Positions 24,946-37,860 of a stretch of 64,000 nucleotides of DNA are shown piece by piece. The translations under genes were made by a program, and so were the position numbers. The number at the start of each line of letters is the position of its first letter. Positions within the stretch are counted from its first letter, which is position 1. The stretch is from Octopus sinensis (lineage: Eukaryota), in assembly GCF_006345805.1 (NCBI RefSeq), contig NC_042999.1, positions 24,676,001 through 24,740,000 of the forward strand, read 5' to 3'. The notes under the pieces were generated by a model. It was not told where the DNA came from. It saw only the letters and a program-made list of their open reading frames with translations, and searched no databases.

Positions 24946-25399
24946 TCAAATACAAACATCATACATTCTGCCTTTCACTTTGAGGGAGAAGACCTAAACT
25001 TTTATTGAATCAACTACAGAAATACATAATCTCCAATGTTGTTCCAGTGTCCTAATATGGATTTAGATCTAGCATAGGCACCACAGATATGATCAGTTGC
25101 CAGAGAAGCACATAAAATAAAGACTTTTACCACATTCTGTTGATTTAGCAAAAATTGTTGGTATGGTGGATAGAAATATACTGTGGAGAATTTTAGGAAG
25201 TTGGGGTGACCGTTTAAGTTTGTTGATTTGTTTGTGCAACTGTACACCGCTACAAAGGCCTATTTGAACTTAAAGAGTGCTCTGTTGGAACTGATTCCAA
25301 TGGAGAACGACATTAAATAGTGTAACATATAACTATTCTCCAAATATAGTTGTAATTGTTCATGCATTTAAGTATTGTGATTTCAGCATTTTTGATGGC

Positions 25400-26340
25400 T
25401 ATCATTTAACAGACAAACTAACTTTAACCTGAATCATTTCAAAACTAAATCAAACATTTGTTGTATGCTGGTGATTGTGTTCTTGTGGACTGCTTGAAAC
25501 AAAATATTCAAAAAATAATGACCCAGTTCTCCAGTGCCTGTACTGGTTTTAGACAAAGTCTGAATGACTAAGATGATGTTTATATGTGTTCCAGGAGAGA
25601 CTTATTTGGAACCAAATATACTTGTCTAAGGGATCAGACCTTGATGTAGTGAATTCTGTCCTTTGGAATGGATCTTTAGATACCAAAATCAAGTTGAGGA
25701 TTGAGAATACTTCAACTGCATTTGGAACACTGGTCAGATTTTAAACTTTCCATTAAGTCTTGCATATTTAACACTAGTGTCATGACATCTCTGCTGTATC
25801 ATCTGTATCAACCACATTAAAATACTGGAGAGATTTCACTTAAAGTGTCTGAGGTATATACCAGTTGGAAATCTTTTACACTTGATACAGAAGAGTTGAA
25901 ATAGGTTGACTGCTTAGTATGGAAGTTCACCTCATCAAGTTTTCATATCTGATGGGCTGATTACATGTCTGGATGAATTCATGCTTCTGAAAGCAATTAC
26001 TTTATAGAGAATTAGTTTTTGGAAAGCATTTCCAGCACAGGACTTTTTCAATCTCAGTTATAGATTAAAAAAAATTTTTTTAACAGTTTGTAAAAAATCT
26101 GTGACTGAGATTGAAAAGATCCCCAGCCCAAATCAAGACAAAAGTTTTGTGATGGTTAAAATGCAGTAGCCTTAAGTCCTTGAACATCAGCATGGTTCAT
26201 TGGAACATCTTGCACTGAACAAAAATGAAAGGCAGTCTATAATGAGGAATGATAGCAAACAGTTTGAGAAATTTCAAATAACCCATCAAATAGTTGAAAC
26301 ATAACACCTAAAAACTGGATCTAGTGATAATTTTGCTTGT
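25400..26340 (+). mobile_element. Highly decayed RTE (BovB-like) RT fragment
   Basis: Remnants LYAGDC and GSLDTKIKLRIENTSTAFGTL in RT order, with many stops. Confidence 0.45.
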
Positions 26341-26940
26341 GCAATAAGTGGCTGCATTAGGCTTTCAAAAGTGGGGCCTGTCATCCATGCAAGATTGCAT
26401 ACTAGGGGACCAGCCTGTATTGCTTATATGCATACAGTGCCAAACGGAGCACTGTCCAAACATATGCTTATCAACTGCTTCAGTGAAAATCCATTTTGGA
26501 CAAACACACAGAGGCAGAGCTGCTGGTGGTGTGATTCTTGGTCAAATTATGTGATACATCTGTCAGAAATATTTAAAACAAAATCGAGGTTAAGCAACCA
26601 TATTGGGGCCCGTGGTGAAAATGCTATACAAAAATAGTAAATTTAACTATTTCTCAGTAGACTGAAAAATTGAAGAATAGCCTTAACCAAATGTCAAAAC
26701 CTTAGTGTGTTTTTATCAGAAGTTCCTACATATTTGACCAATTTCAACAAAGAAGCCGATTTATTCATATTCAAGAATTAAGGTAGCTGTAGAGAACCGG
26801 ACGACTAATTTGCATATCATTAGTGTTTAAAACTTTATTTAATATCAACCGCCTGTCGACGGGGATGTACGTGTATGTACGTTCATATTTATACTGTCTA
26901 TGTGTAATTTATAAAATTTTCACTGCGAGCCACTTCTATC

Positions 26941-27353
26941 GGATCTTTTCGGTTTGAACGGCAGTTTTTTCTAGTGGTGTCATATGAAATTGTCACCCAT
27001 AATTATGACCCTAGTATCGATCTATTGCATTTCAATCTGTTTTAGAGTTAGGGTTAGGGGTGGGGGGAAGGGTATCTTTTTTTTTTCACAAATGTAAATA
27101 AACCCAATCTGTTTCTTAAACGAGGGACATATTCATATGGTACAGAATGTTTTTTTTACCTCAATACACGTAATTGATTGGTTGAAATTGCAGAAACTGA
27201 AGAAAAAAACAACAACAAATATCTTACAAACCATAGAATTTTCTCAATAAAGCCAAGAGAAAAGGATATTTTATAAACACATTCTAACAAGTTTAAAATT
27301 TTTTAGTTACCTAGAAATTATGTTAAAAACTGCCGTTCAAACCGAAAAGATCC
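26941..27353 (+). mobile_element. Merlin-like MITE copy 1 (GG termini, 8-bp TSD)
   Basis: 28-bp TIR ggatcttttcggtttgaacggcagtttt; TSD cttctatc on both sides. Confidence 0.85.
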
Positions 27354-28121
27354 CTTCTATCACAATACGATTTGAAAATTTTGTGCTAGTGCTTTAATGG
27401 AAATGGTCTGACAAACATAGACTCGTTTGTTAATCTGTAATTTTACCCTTGTTTATTATGGTGGAGTTGAATAATGAGACTGAGTAGAAATAGGAATAAT
27501 ACCAACTTCTGGCCAGTTCTAATGCAGAACTAAGCAAACTGAAGAATAAAATTCAGCAACAGTTAACTGTCTAGGCGAAAAGAAAATCATTATCTTCATT
27601 AGAAACTATAAATATAATGACCTTGAGAATAAGCAGCAGTAAAGTCTACTTGATCCTACTTAGCAACACGTAAAGCTTAGAGTCGTCCCAGCAAGGTAGG
27701 ATGATGCTGAACGTATCATATAGCAACTGAACGAGTATAGAATAGTATAGAGTTACTTCCCTTGTCATTCATAATTTCGGTTTCGCACCTGACTACCACC
27801 ACGTTGGGCAGTTTACTATAGATATCTAATCTTATACAAAACAGGGAAATCTTTTTTGTTTTATACTTGCCAGACTTTATATATTAAGCTAAAGATCATT
27901 ATTATATCTGATCAAAGCTAGTGTAATCACATGTAACAACATTCAAATACAGAAATAAATATTAAAACAAAGTTACAAAAAAATTACAAGCGAAAACACT
28001 TTTACTGCTGAACGTGTAAGATAAAAGAATGTATTTAAGAAAATGACTAATCACGATTTGATAATACCACATTGTGCACATATTTATAACCTCTCCCACT
28101 CTCAGCTATATATAAACTCAC

Positions 28122-28292
28122 CTTTGACTGGGAAGATGCATTCTTGGAATCTCTTGTTTTGCAGTCAGCGTCTTGATTTTCTCTCTTTTTCGTTGTATGT
28201 ATTGTATCGAAAAACCTGGAGATTGTTACCTGCTTCTCATTTGTCCCTTTCTGTTTAGGGTTCAACTTTTTACTTAATGCCGGCTGTGGCAT
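28122..28292 (-). CDS. MSH3: MSH3 coding exon 1 (57 codons, includes PCNA-binding PIP box)
   Basis: ATG at 28292 (A at -3, in-frame TAA two codons upstream). Translates MPQPALSKKLNPKQKGTNEKQVTISRFF...SQSK; QVTISRFF fits the Qxx[LIM]xxFF PIP box typical of the MSH3/MSH6 N-terminus. Donor AAG|gtgagt at 28121 is phase 0, matching exon 2. Confidence 0.85.
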
Positions 28293-28299
28293 TGTTTAT

Positions 28300-28410
28300 C
28301 ACCTTGTAATACGCCGGTGTTATCTTTCTAGCTCCTATTCAGAAATTACATGGTTAGCGCCATTTCTCATGGTAAGTATGCCGGGAAAATCAACTTCCGC
28401 TTCATAAATA
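28300..28410 (-). promoter_or_regulatory. Probable MSH3 core promoter / 5' UTR
   Basis: CpG-enriched patch immediately upstream of the ATG, with an ETS-like ACTTCCGC (28393-28400), an E2F-like TTTCCCGGC on the minus strand (28380-28388) and a YY1-like GCGCCATTT (28357-28365). Motif matches only. Confidence 0.5.
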
Positions 28411-29149
28411 GTAGCTTTATTATGCACCCCTTAAACTCGATAAATCGTTGACTAATATAAACAGATTCAGAGTCAAATATAATTTGTAAATGAAGATTTA
28501 TTTACGAAACTTAACATTTGGAATTATTGTGGTAGAGCTAGAATCAAGTTCCCGGTGAGCTGAGTTAGCAGCCGATTTCAATTCCTGGGCGAAGCTCTAT
28601 TCATTTTATTTTCCTTTTTAATTCAGCTTTTTTCTTTTTCTTTTCTTTTTTTTTTGCGAGAAGACATCCCGCAGATTGAATTTAATAAAGGCGCAGGAGT
28701 GGCTGTGTGGTAAGTAGCTTGCTACCCAACCACATGGTTCCGGGTTCAATCCCACTGCGTGGCATCTTGGGCACGTGTCTTCTGCTATAACCCCGGGCCG
28801 ACCAAAGCCTTGTGAGTGGATTTGGTAGACGGAAACTGAAAGAAGCCTGTCGTATATATGTATATGTATATATATGTATGTGTGTTTTTGTCTCTGTGTT
28901 TGTCCCCTTAGCATTGCTTGACAACCGATGCTGGTGTGTTTACGTCCCCGTTACTTAGCGGTTCGGCAAAAGAGACCGATAGAATAAGTACTGGGCTTAC
29001 AAAGAAAAAGTCCCGGGGTCGATTTGCTCGACTAAAGGCGGTGCTCCAGCATGGCCGCAGTCAAATGGCTGAAACAAGTAAAAGAGTATATAACACGTAT
29101 GTATTTGATACATATATGATACAAAACCACATTAAAATACAAATGCAAA

Positions 29150-31870
29150 TATGAGTGAAGAAAATAGAAGAAAAATCATCAATTCAACGCTAAGTGCTTC
29201 GATTGGTCGCACACCACAAGGTCCAATGGAACTTACTGAAGCAAGCCAACATGCTCGCGGCATTACGACTGTTAGGCTAAGGCGTTGGAACAGCCAAGCA
29301 CCCTCACGGGGATCACCTGACACCTCGGGAAGGCGTGCTGCCAACGATGACAAGAACTTCGCTGATAGTGGCCCAGCTCCTTCAAACATCTCAAACACTT
29401 CAGGTTGGAAGAAGTGGTTCACCGACAAGTCCTGATACTTAAGGATTTTGTCCCGTTTGGCTACGGAAGCAATGACCCTCCCATTTACCGCAGCATCTAG
29501 AATGTGTGTGTGGGGAGGGGAGCAAAAGAGTTATAGATTGTGACGTCCCAGATGAGACACTTACCTTTTACCCAGGGACAAAGGGTAAGACCTTCTGGTC
29601 TCTTCCCGTCACTTCTGGATAATCCCGCCAACTCCAGAAATCGCGGGTATCAACCCGTGTCAAGGCCCGCTTAATGAATAAATTTAGATCAAAGTAAAGA
29701 GCAAAACAATCAGCAAACTATGAAGGCCTGTGGAGTCGAGGGGGCCCATTACTGTAACATCTCAGTTCCCCACAGACGTCAGCTCCTTCTCTGAGTGCAA
29801 TGGAGATGCAGAGCTCATCCATGTAGGCCACCAATGTTGACCACAGGCAGGGTATCAACCCAGTCCCCCGAGAATTTCGCATTTGCGGAAAGTAGGCGAC
29901 ACCTTGAAAGTTGATCAGATTGATGAAAGGGAGAGTTGAATGTAGCTCCTAAGTGCAGATTGTCCCATACTCTCTGCTTCTGTCTATCCTCAGCTGTATC
30001 AGGAATTGAGAAACCCAGAGCTTTATCCATCTCCCAGTTGAAAAGGGGAGGATATTGCCTACCAAAGGGGAGCAAGCGTAGATGGAGGAAAGAAAACAGG
30101 GAGGTGACAGAGACAAGCACTTGCGCAAACATAGACCGCCACCCGCCACCAAAGACCGTTCGGCCAAAGGAGCCAGGTCGCGGGACTCTGTAAGGTCTGA
30201 TATTGACTAAGCATTTGAATTTCCTGAAGATTAGGTCGTCAAATCATTAGAGAGACGGCAAGAATTTATAAGTCAAACTAACTCTGAGAAAATATAAAAA
30301 CTTCGGAATCGACAAATAATTTGTAAGTATAAAAAAAAAAAACTTGATGTGGTTTTATTGCTTGAAGGTTTTTTAGTAGTTGCTCAAGGTTGGTCATCTT
30401 GGATCGAAAGTTAGGTCAGTAATTGGGGCTCCAAGAGAGTGCCACACTGATGAGAGGAACTGTGATAGAAAGGACAGAATCGCAAACAGGTTTACAGTCT
30501 GCTAATACAAAGTTGGATGGCTGAGGTGCCAGAGCTCGCATTTGGGACTGCTGACGTTAAGGCGCTACGACCAAGTTCCTCAATCCTCGTCCTCGGAATA
30601 ACAAGGATCTTATCAGAAAGGCCTCCCCACCCAAACAAGCATCGTCAAGGTACCAGACATTCAAGTCCAACTCAGCCCCCATCTTGATAACGTCATCGAT
30701 ACCCAGTACAAATAGAGCCGTGTCTGAGCGGGCCACATTATTGGACTTCAGAGGCAGATGGGATGAAATGGTCACCAAAGAGAGTTAGGAGGGCTCCTGA
30801 TAAGTTTGTCAAGCAAAGTGGTAGAGCCGTGAGGAATTCTCCCTTACTATACGGAGGATGATATCCCAACTGATGGAATTAAAGGCATTCCTGAAATCTA
30901 GTTTGAGGATGACCTTTGGGGTCTCTGGAAGCAACTTGGTAAATGTTCTTGTGGCGTGAGCGGCAGCTTCACAACTTAGCTTGATACAATCCCTAGCTGA
31001 ATAGGGGAAAATTCGGCGGACAGGCAATTTGAAACCGAGGACGGATACACTTTCTGTGAGCCGTCGCAGAGTACACCCAACTGCTATCGGGCGGAGGTCA
31101 CCATTGGGCTTTATGAGACCAAACAGTTTAGCTCCAAAGAACAGGAGCCGAATGTGAGGAAGGACACTCTCAAAGAGAACATGTTGACGAACTGGGTTAG
31201 GTTCTCCAAGAGTTCTAGACCGGCATAACCAGTTGACAAGGGAGATACCTATTTCTTTATTACCCACAAGGGGCTAAACATAGAGGGGACAAACAAGGAC
31301 AGACATAGGTATTAAGTCGATTATATCGACCCCAGTGCGTAACTGGTACTTAGTTTATCGACCCCGAAAGGATGAAAGGTAAAGTCGACCTCGGCGGAAT
31401 TTGAACTCACAACGTAACGGCATACGGAATACTGCTAAGCATTTCGCCCGACGTGCTAACGTTTCTGCCAGCTCTCCGCCTTGACAAGGGAGATACCGTC
31501 TTTGAGATACTGAGGTCGAGGACGATCAATTCCAACGCCAGAACCAGCAGTTGCCTTCCTGGCATTGTTGAAATCGAAAAGAGGTTGTTAAAAACCTTGT
31601 GGGTCGGGCCAGTGTAGGTAGTCATTCGGACAGGCTGGAGGGTGTTTCTCCTTCAATCGATTGAGGGAATCTGTTGTGCACTGGGCAAGGAAGGACAGAA
31701 GGGAGATGTCAAATTCACTGAATTTGACATTAATGCCTCCTTTACGTTTGTTGAACCACCGTTGTTCGGAGCTGTGTTGAGATGGACAGTGGTTGGAGTG
31801 AACTGGAACGACTCGAACTGTCGTTTTAGGGAAGGTGTGAGAGATCTAGAGTTCGCGTTTTACTTTCTTA
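29150..31870 (-). mobile_element. CRE-clade non-LTR retrotransposon relic (RT plus restriction-like endonuclease), frameshifted
   Basis: Fragments in order: KHPPA...GSGVGIDRPRPQYLKD; KPNGDLRPIAVGCTLRRL; CEAAAHATRTF...KLDFRNAFNSI; WYLDDACLGG; RLLSANAKFSGDWVDTLP; [22 protein letters not shown]; FEGAGPLSAKFLSSLAARL.EVSGDPREGAWLFQRLS. Confidence 0.8.
31250..31480 (-). mobile_element. Family B SINE inserted into the CRE element RT region
   Basis: Perfect 17-bp TSD ttgacaagggagatacc (31233-31249, 31481-31497). Confidence 0.92.
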
Positions 31871-32705
31871 TGGAGGAAACCGTTCATATAGTCAAAACTC
31901 ATTTCCCCTAACATTTATTTAATATACAGCACATTTATGCTAAGAAAAAAAACCCCTATATTTAAAAAAAAAATCATATATGACGGAGTGGAACATCTGG
32001 TCGTTGCTATTAAGTATACACACAGGCAAATACTTATGATAACTTATATACCAAACATTAAAATGCGATACCTTATATGATTATAATTTTTCGGACTGTT
32101 AATTTCATCTCTAGAGATGGACAAATTTTAATACTTGCATACATTTTCAACTCTTTTTTCCCCCGACCCCTCCTGAAACACCGAAATCTCTCCACAACAT
32201 CATCCCCCAACAACACTGGACTTTTCGGTTTGAACCTACCTCTTCTAGATTTTATTAACAATTTCTGCTCAAACGTAGTTTTTCATACAATTACGAAAAT
32301 CACAACCATTTTTTTTCTTTAAGAAATTAATAATATAGAAGTTATGAAAAGTTATAAAAAGGGAACTTTCTTTTTGTAATTTTAGCCAGTCAGATTTACC
32401 CTACCCAACAAACGATGTTATTTGTATGTTTTCAAAGCAACCAACTGAAACTATTTGAGGGTTTAGGATAAAGGTTCAGAGTTAGGGTTTGCGGGTTTAT
32501 TTTCTCTTTTACTTGTTTCAGTCATTTGATTGCAGCCATGCTGGAGCACCGCCTTTAATCGAACAACTCGACCCTGGGACTTATTCTTTTGTAAGTCTAG
32601 TACTTATTCTATCGGTCTCTTTTGCCGAACCGCTAAGTAACGGGGTCACAAACACACCAGCATCGGTTGTCAAGCAATACTAGAGGGACAAGCACAGACA
32701 CACAA

Positions 32706-32786
<81 letters not shown>

Positions 32787-32999
32787 TACGACGGGCTTCT
32801 TTCAGTTTCCATCTACCAAATCCACTCACAAGGCTTTGGTCGGCCCGAGGCTATAGTAGAAGACATTTGCCCAAGGTGCCACGCAGTGGGACTGAACCCG
32901 GAACCATGTGGTTGGTAAACAAGCTACTTACCACACAGCCACACTCATTAAATATTTTTACATCTTTAAAGGTTTTTGTCATGGTTTCACCTTCTAATT

Positions 33000-33260
33000 G
33001 CCAGTGATTTAACCTGTATCCAGGGAATGGTTGATAATGATGGTGATAATCGATGCTAGTTCATTAATAGATTCCTTTTTCTCATGTCGTCACTGTAATG
33101 CCTTAAATATAGGTGAAAGTGGTCGCCGATTGGATGATCAGTTCCTAAACATCTCAATGTATGATGCAATAACGTCACGAGCATTCTAATATCTGTGGTT
33201 CATCACTTTTATTTTTTTGGCCACTCCTGTAGTAAACCTCATGCAGGCATGACGTGGATT
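33000..33260 (+). mobile_element. Penelope-like GIY-YIG endonuclease relic
   Basis: SCRHCNALNIGESGRRLDDQF resembles the C..C...YIGETGRRL..RF motif; a LIFQL-like C-terminal remnant lies near 34290-34330. Confidence 0.45.
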
Positions 33261-34781
33261 TAAAGATGTAAAAATATTTAATGAAAATAAACCCGCAAAC
33301 CCTAACCCTGTACCTCGATAGCCAAATTTCACTTAACAGTTCAACAGCACTTTTCTCGCGGTAAAACAATAGTTTTTCTGTGAGTGACAGCAGTTACATT
33401 TGCCAGATGCCTTCGCTAAGCAGAATAATGTCTTTGCCACTTTACCCTTCTAACCGCTTCTAGTCCACCAAAAGCTAGAATAAAGATAACAGACCTCCAA
33501 CGGAATCTGCTGTTCTCAACAATATGCTTATCCTGGTTGGTTTTGGATAGTTATAAAATCAAGAACTCCGTGGGCCAAAGTCAGAGCGACTGACAGAGAG
33601 GTGGCTAACGGCTCAAGCGAAATGCTGTCTCGACTTAGGTAACTTCACAGATTGACAACTATGGAATTAACCAACGTAGTATCTGTCTCGTCCCACACTC
33701 TCCCGCTTTCATTAGCTCAATTTCTTTTCTCTTCAACATTACCATATCTCTCTCTATATACTACTATGAGATCGTGTTGACACATATACAGGCCGAAATT
33801 ACCTTTTTTTATTTGCATGCTTTACGAAGTGTGTTACACTATTACACAAGCCTGCCCATTGTGGTATGGTATAGCTGGTTAAGGCGGCGAGCTGGCAGAA
33901 TCGTTAGCACGCAGGGCGAAATGCTTAGCGGTATTTCGTCTGCGGCTACGTTCTGAGTTCAAATCCTGCCGAGGTCGACTTTGCCTTTCATCCTTTCAGG
34001 GTCGATTAAATAAGCACCAGTTATGCACTGGGGTCGATGTAATCGACTTAATCCATTTGTCTGTCCTTGTTTGTCCCCTCTATGTTTAGCCCCTTGTGGG
34101 CACTAAAGAAATAGGTATATATTAAAGTAACGGTAAATAAATATCTCTTTACAACTTTAATCACTGTTCTTCCTTCATCTTACAAATGGCAAACAACGAA
34201 TAACAACCGTTGCACTCCCTTCATCTTCCACCTCTCCGTTTTTGCAGTTCCCGAATTCCATGGTCTGAAGACGACCTAACAGATTAGAGAACAACAGTAC
34301 TACTCATTTTCCAACTGGAATATTTTGCTTTCAGTAGTATGAACGACGAACAAGGTGCAGGAGTGGCTGTGTGGTAAGTAGCTTGCTTACCAACCATATG
34401 GTTCCGGGTTCAGTCTCACTGCGTGGCACCTTGGGCAAGTGTCTTCTACTATAGCCTCGGGCCGACCAAAGCCTTGAATAGGTCCTGGGGTCGATTTGCT
34501 CGACTAAAGGCGGTGCTCCAGCATGGCCACAATCAAAAGACTGAAACGAGTAAAAGAGTAAAAGAGTAAATCATTTTCACTAATACCTGTACCTCATCCC
34601 TTTCTTTTCACTTCTTTACTCTTCGTGCATTTCTTTGCCTTATACGTTGATCCATAAGAAAGATACACACCTGTGTGTCCAACACTAATTAACTCACCTT
34701 ATACTCTGTCGTCCTAGTACTAGCCTGCCAGTACATCAACAGCTTTACACCCCCATCACCTCTTTTCCTCACACCCTATTA

Positions 34782-35015
34782 CAGTAATCCCTCACCATAT
34801 CACGGTTCACTTATCGCGCACTGAGGACATCGCTGTTCACCTATCGCGCACTCCGTACATCACGGATTTTTCTGGCTAATATATGTGAATTTATATCGCG
34901 GACCCCTCAGTATATCTGGGTTTCTGCGGCCGATAGATATTTATATTTTTTAGATTTTAATTATTTCTGTGGGAGGTTTTGGAGCGTAACACCCACGATA
35001 GTCGAGGGATCACTG
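34782..35015. mobile_element. pogo/Tigger-like MITE
   Basis: TA-cagtaatccctc ... gagggatcactg-TA. A 5' fragment of a similar element starts at 62302 (TA-cagtgatccctcg). Confidence 0.7.
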
Positions 35016-35531
35016 TACTTCTTTCATTCACTGCGATTTTTTCCTCGGCGTCTTCCTGTTTCTCTGAAATCACGTATTTACTCCACCTAACGTTACCTGA
35101 ATACATTAATACTGTGGTGTGCGGGCGATTCGAATATAAAGGCACCTACCTTCTCTTCCTCGTGATGGAGACCCTTCAGTGGTAACTAATCCTTCGACAC
35201 AGCCCCGACCCGAACACTAAAGATAGCAGCTGCTCACCCAAACCTTAGCGACGTCCTCACACGTCTTGACACCTCGACGACCCACGTTGGAAAGGCCGAA
35301 TTCACCGCTGCCTACACACGCCTGACGGTTTCCCCTTCCGGTTGCCCCAGCTTCCGGTCATCGCACCCAGTTGCTGACGTCATCCCACAAATACCTCTAC
35401 ATTTTGTCAAAGAGTTGCCACCGAAACATCAGGCTTTTACCATTTGTTACGGTAACCGAACTTATAGACATCTAGCAGACTCTCTTTTGGATTCACGATA
35501 GACTTAATCTGTTTAGTTTAACACCCTCACC

Positions 35532-36423
35532 GGACCTTTACCTTTTGACCGACAGATTTAAAAAAAAATTAGGCGGCGAGCTGGCAGAATCGTTAGCACG
35601 CCGGGCGAAACGCTTAGCAGTATTTCATCTGCCGTTACGTTGTGAGTTCAAATTCCGCCGAGGTCGACTTTGCCTTTCATCCTTTCGGGGTCGATAAATT
35701 AAGTACCAGTTACGCGCTGGGGTCGATCTAATCGACTTAATACCTATGTCTGTCCTTGTTTGTCTCCTCTATGTGGGTAGTAAAGAAATAGGTTTAAAAA
35801 ATAATTTTTTGTATCTAAACAGTTTCAAACTTCGGACACTGGTAGAATGTGTCATATAAAATATCTTTTACTCTTAGCATTTTTGAGAAAAGCTTATATT
35901 TACGAAGTTATTCCAAGTTAAAGTTGTCGTATTTCGGTAATTTCAACCAGTCAATGACGTCTATTCAGGTGAATAAAATTACTGCTGTTATTTGTCAACA
36001 ACAACTATTGGAGGTGTATTTTTCGTTTGTCACTGTTATTTATGACATCGTTCGTGCATTTGTACTGGTTTTAGCTTTAAGATTTTAGGGTTAGGCTTAG
36101 GATTAGGGTTTTCGGGTTAGGGTTAAGGTTTTAGGGTTTGAGTTGTCATAAATAACAGTGACAAACGAAATATGCACCGCCGGAAGTCCTTGTTGACAAA
36201 CAACAGCAGTAATTTTATTCAGCTGAATACACGTCATTGATTAGTTAAAATTACCGAAATACGACAACTTTAACGTAAAATAACTTCGTACATATAAGCT
36301 TTTCTCAAAAACGCTATGAATAAAAGATATTTCATATGACACATTGTACCAGTATACGAAGTTTGAAAGTGTTTAGTTACAAAAAATTATTTTCTAAATC
36401 TGTAGGTCAAAAGGTAAAGATCC
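35532..36423. mobile_element. Foldback (almost fully palindromic) Merlin-like element with SINE insertion in the left arm
   Basis: Termini gga(c/t)ctttaccttttgacc; arms of ~250 bp (35797-36047 versus 36145-36393) are reverse complements; TSD ccctcacc/ccctcatc; centre is degenerate TTAGGG repeats. Confidence 0.8.
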
Positions 36424-36729
36424 CCCTCATCTAACCCTAGGTGCATTGAGTGATGTCCACTTTATTGCAATCGTTCAAGTCAGATCTCTGGCTTTGAGAT
36501 GCCTTCCAACCTCCCTCCCATCAATCTCGGAGAATGAGTGAATGGTTTTAGCTCCTTTTTAGCTGAACAATAAAAAAATATTATCAAACGTACACTACCA
36601 AGTAAGTTATTCTTGATATCTTACTGTTATATAAACAGCAAGAGTGAAAAGACATGCGTGGTTTGAACTACATCTGTTGGTATAGAACATACCAAAAATG
36701 TTTTTTTTATCTTTAAGTTACATAAAGAA

Positions 36730-37244
36730 TCATTTTATATACTGAGTTTGCTTGGCAAGGACTTTGTCGTTAAGGCTTTGGTGTTGCACGGAGTAGGTGG
36801 AGTTGTTGGGGTGTGGTAAAATAAGCGTGACTAGAGTAGGAGAGGCGAGAAAGTCAAAAGTACATAAATGGTAGTGGCATGAGACAAAGTAGTTCCGAGA
36901 TGTAGAGGCCACCGTAGTAGTATTGGTAGAAAAAGTAGAAAAGTGGAAGACGAAATATTATGGGATCAAGGATCGGAGTGTGTCGGCGAGCGATTTAGTA
37001 ACAGCGCCGTATCAAATATGAGAGCAGGATTCATTATTGGCGTGCCAGACACGGTTTTGTATCTGAAAGCGAGAAGTCAATGAATGAGAGGCATAGAAAA
37101 ATAGGTCTTCAACAGACTTGACTTTAGAATGAGGATATGAGAGAGATTCGATGTTTGAGAAAGTTGTTGCTAATGGCTGTTTGCATTATTTGCTTTTTTT
37201 TAAAATATGACATGCTATAATGTGATTTTAAAGAAAGGGTAAGA

Positions 37245-37276
<32 letters not shown>

Positions 37277-37860
37277 AGAGGGAGAGAGAGTAAAATTTAA
37301 CGAGGATAGGAGATAGCTCGGGAGCGCATTGATTAAGAGTAATGGAAGAGACATTATCGGGGCCGATGGCCTTGTTGGCTTTAAGCGACCGGATTGCTTT
37401 TGAACCAGGCATGTATGTGTACACGGTGGTGAGCCTAGTGAAATATGGAGCGATTGGCTAGATGCAAAGTGGGTGGCTAATGTGAAGAGCCAATCGTAAC
37501 TGAGAAAATTAATAAAAAAATCATTTGGGTAAGACAACAAAATGTTACCCGTAACTTGATATTGGGAAGAACTTACAGGCTGTGTAATACAGGAAGGCAG
37601 CCTTTGCAGTCATGGTACTAAGTAAAAAGCATTTTTCTTCTTGCAGCGAGAGCATTTTTACCAAGTGTCATTAGCTGTTTTCTTTACCGAAGCTGTCGCT
37701 GTGCAGCAATAGGCGAACCACTTGACGGACATGAAGTTGTAGATTTGGTGATGTATTGGAAGGACATATCTAAGAGGGTGGTTTCTGTCACTTGCCAGCT
37801 ATCTCTGATAGGTGAGAAGCGAAGCATGAGTGTTGTAAGGGATTGTTACCATAGAACTGA
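36730..37860 (-). mobile_element. Decayed CR1/L2-group LINE (linker plus RT)
   Basis: KAIGPDNVSSITLNQCAPELSPILVKFYSL and RVWHAN remnants; interrupted by a (TC)n tract. Confidence 0.6.

Noticed and set aside
28490-28560. Short plus-strand frame MKIYLRNLTFGIIVVELESSSR followed by gtgagc
   Set aside because: No similarity to DHFR or any recognised protein, and no downstream exon was identified.
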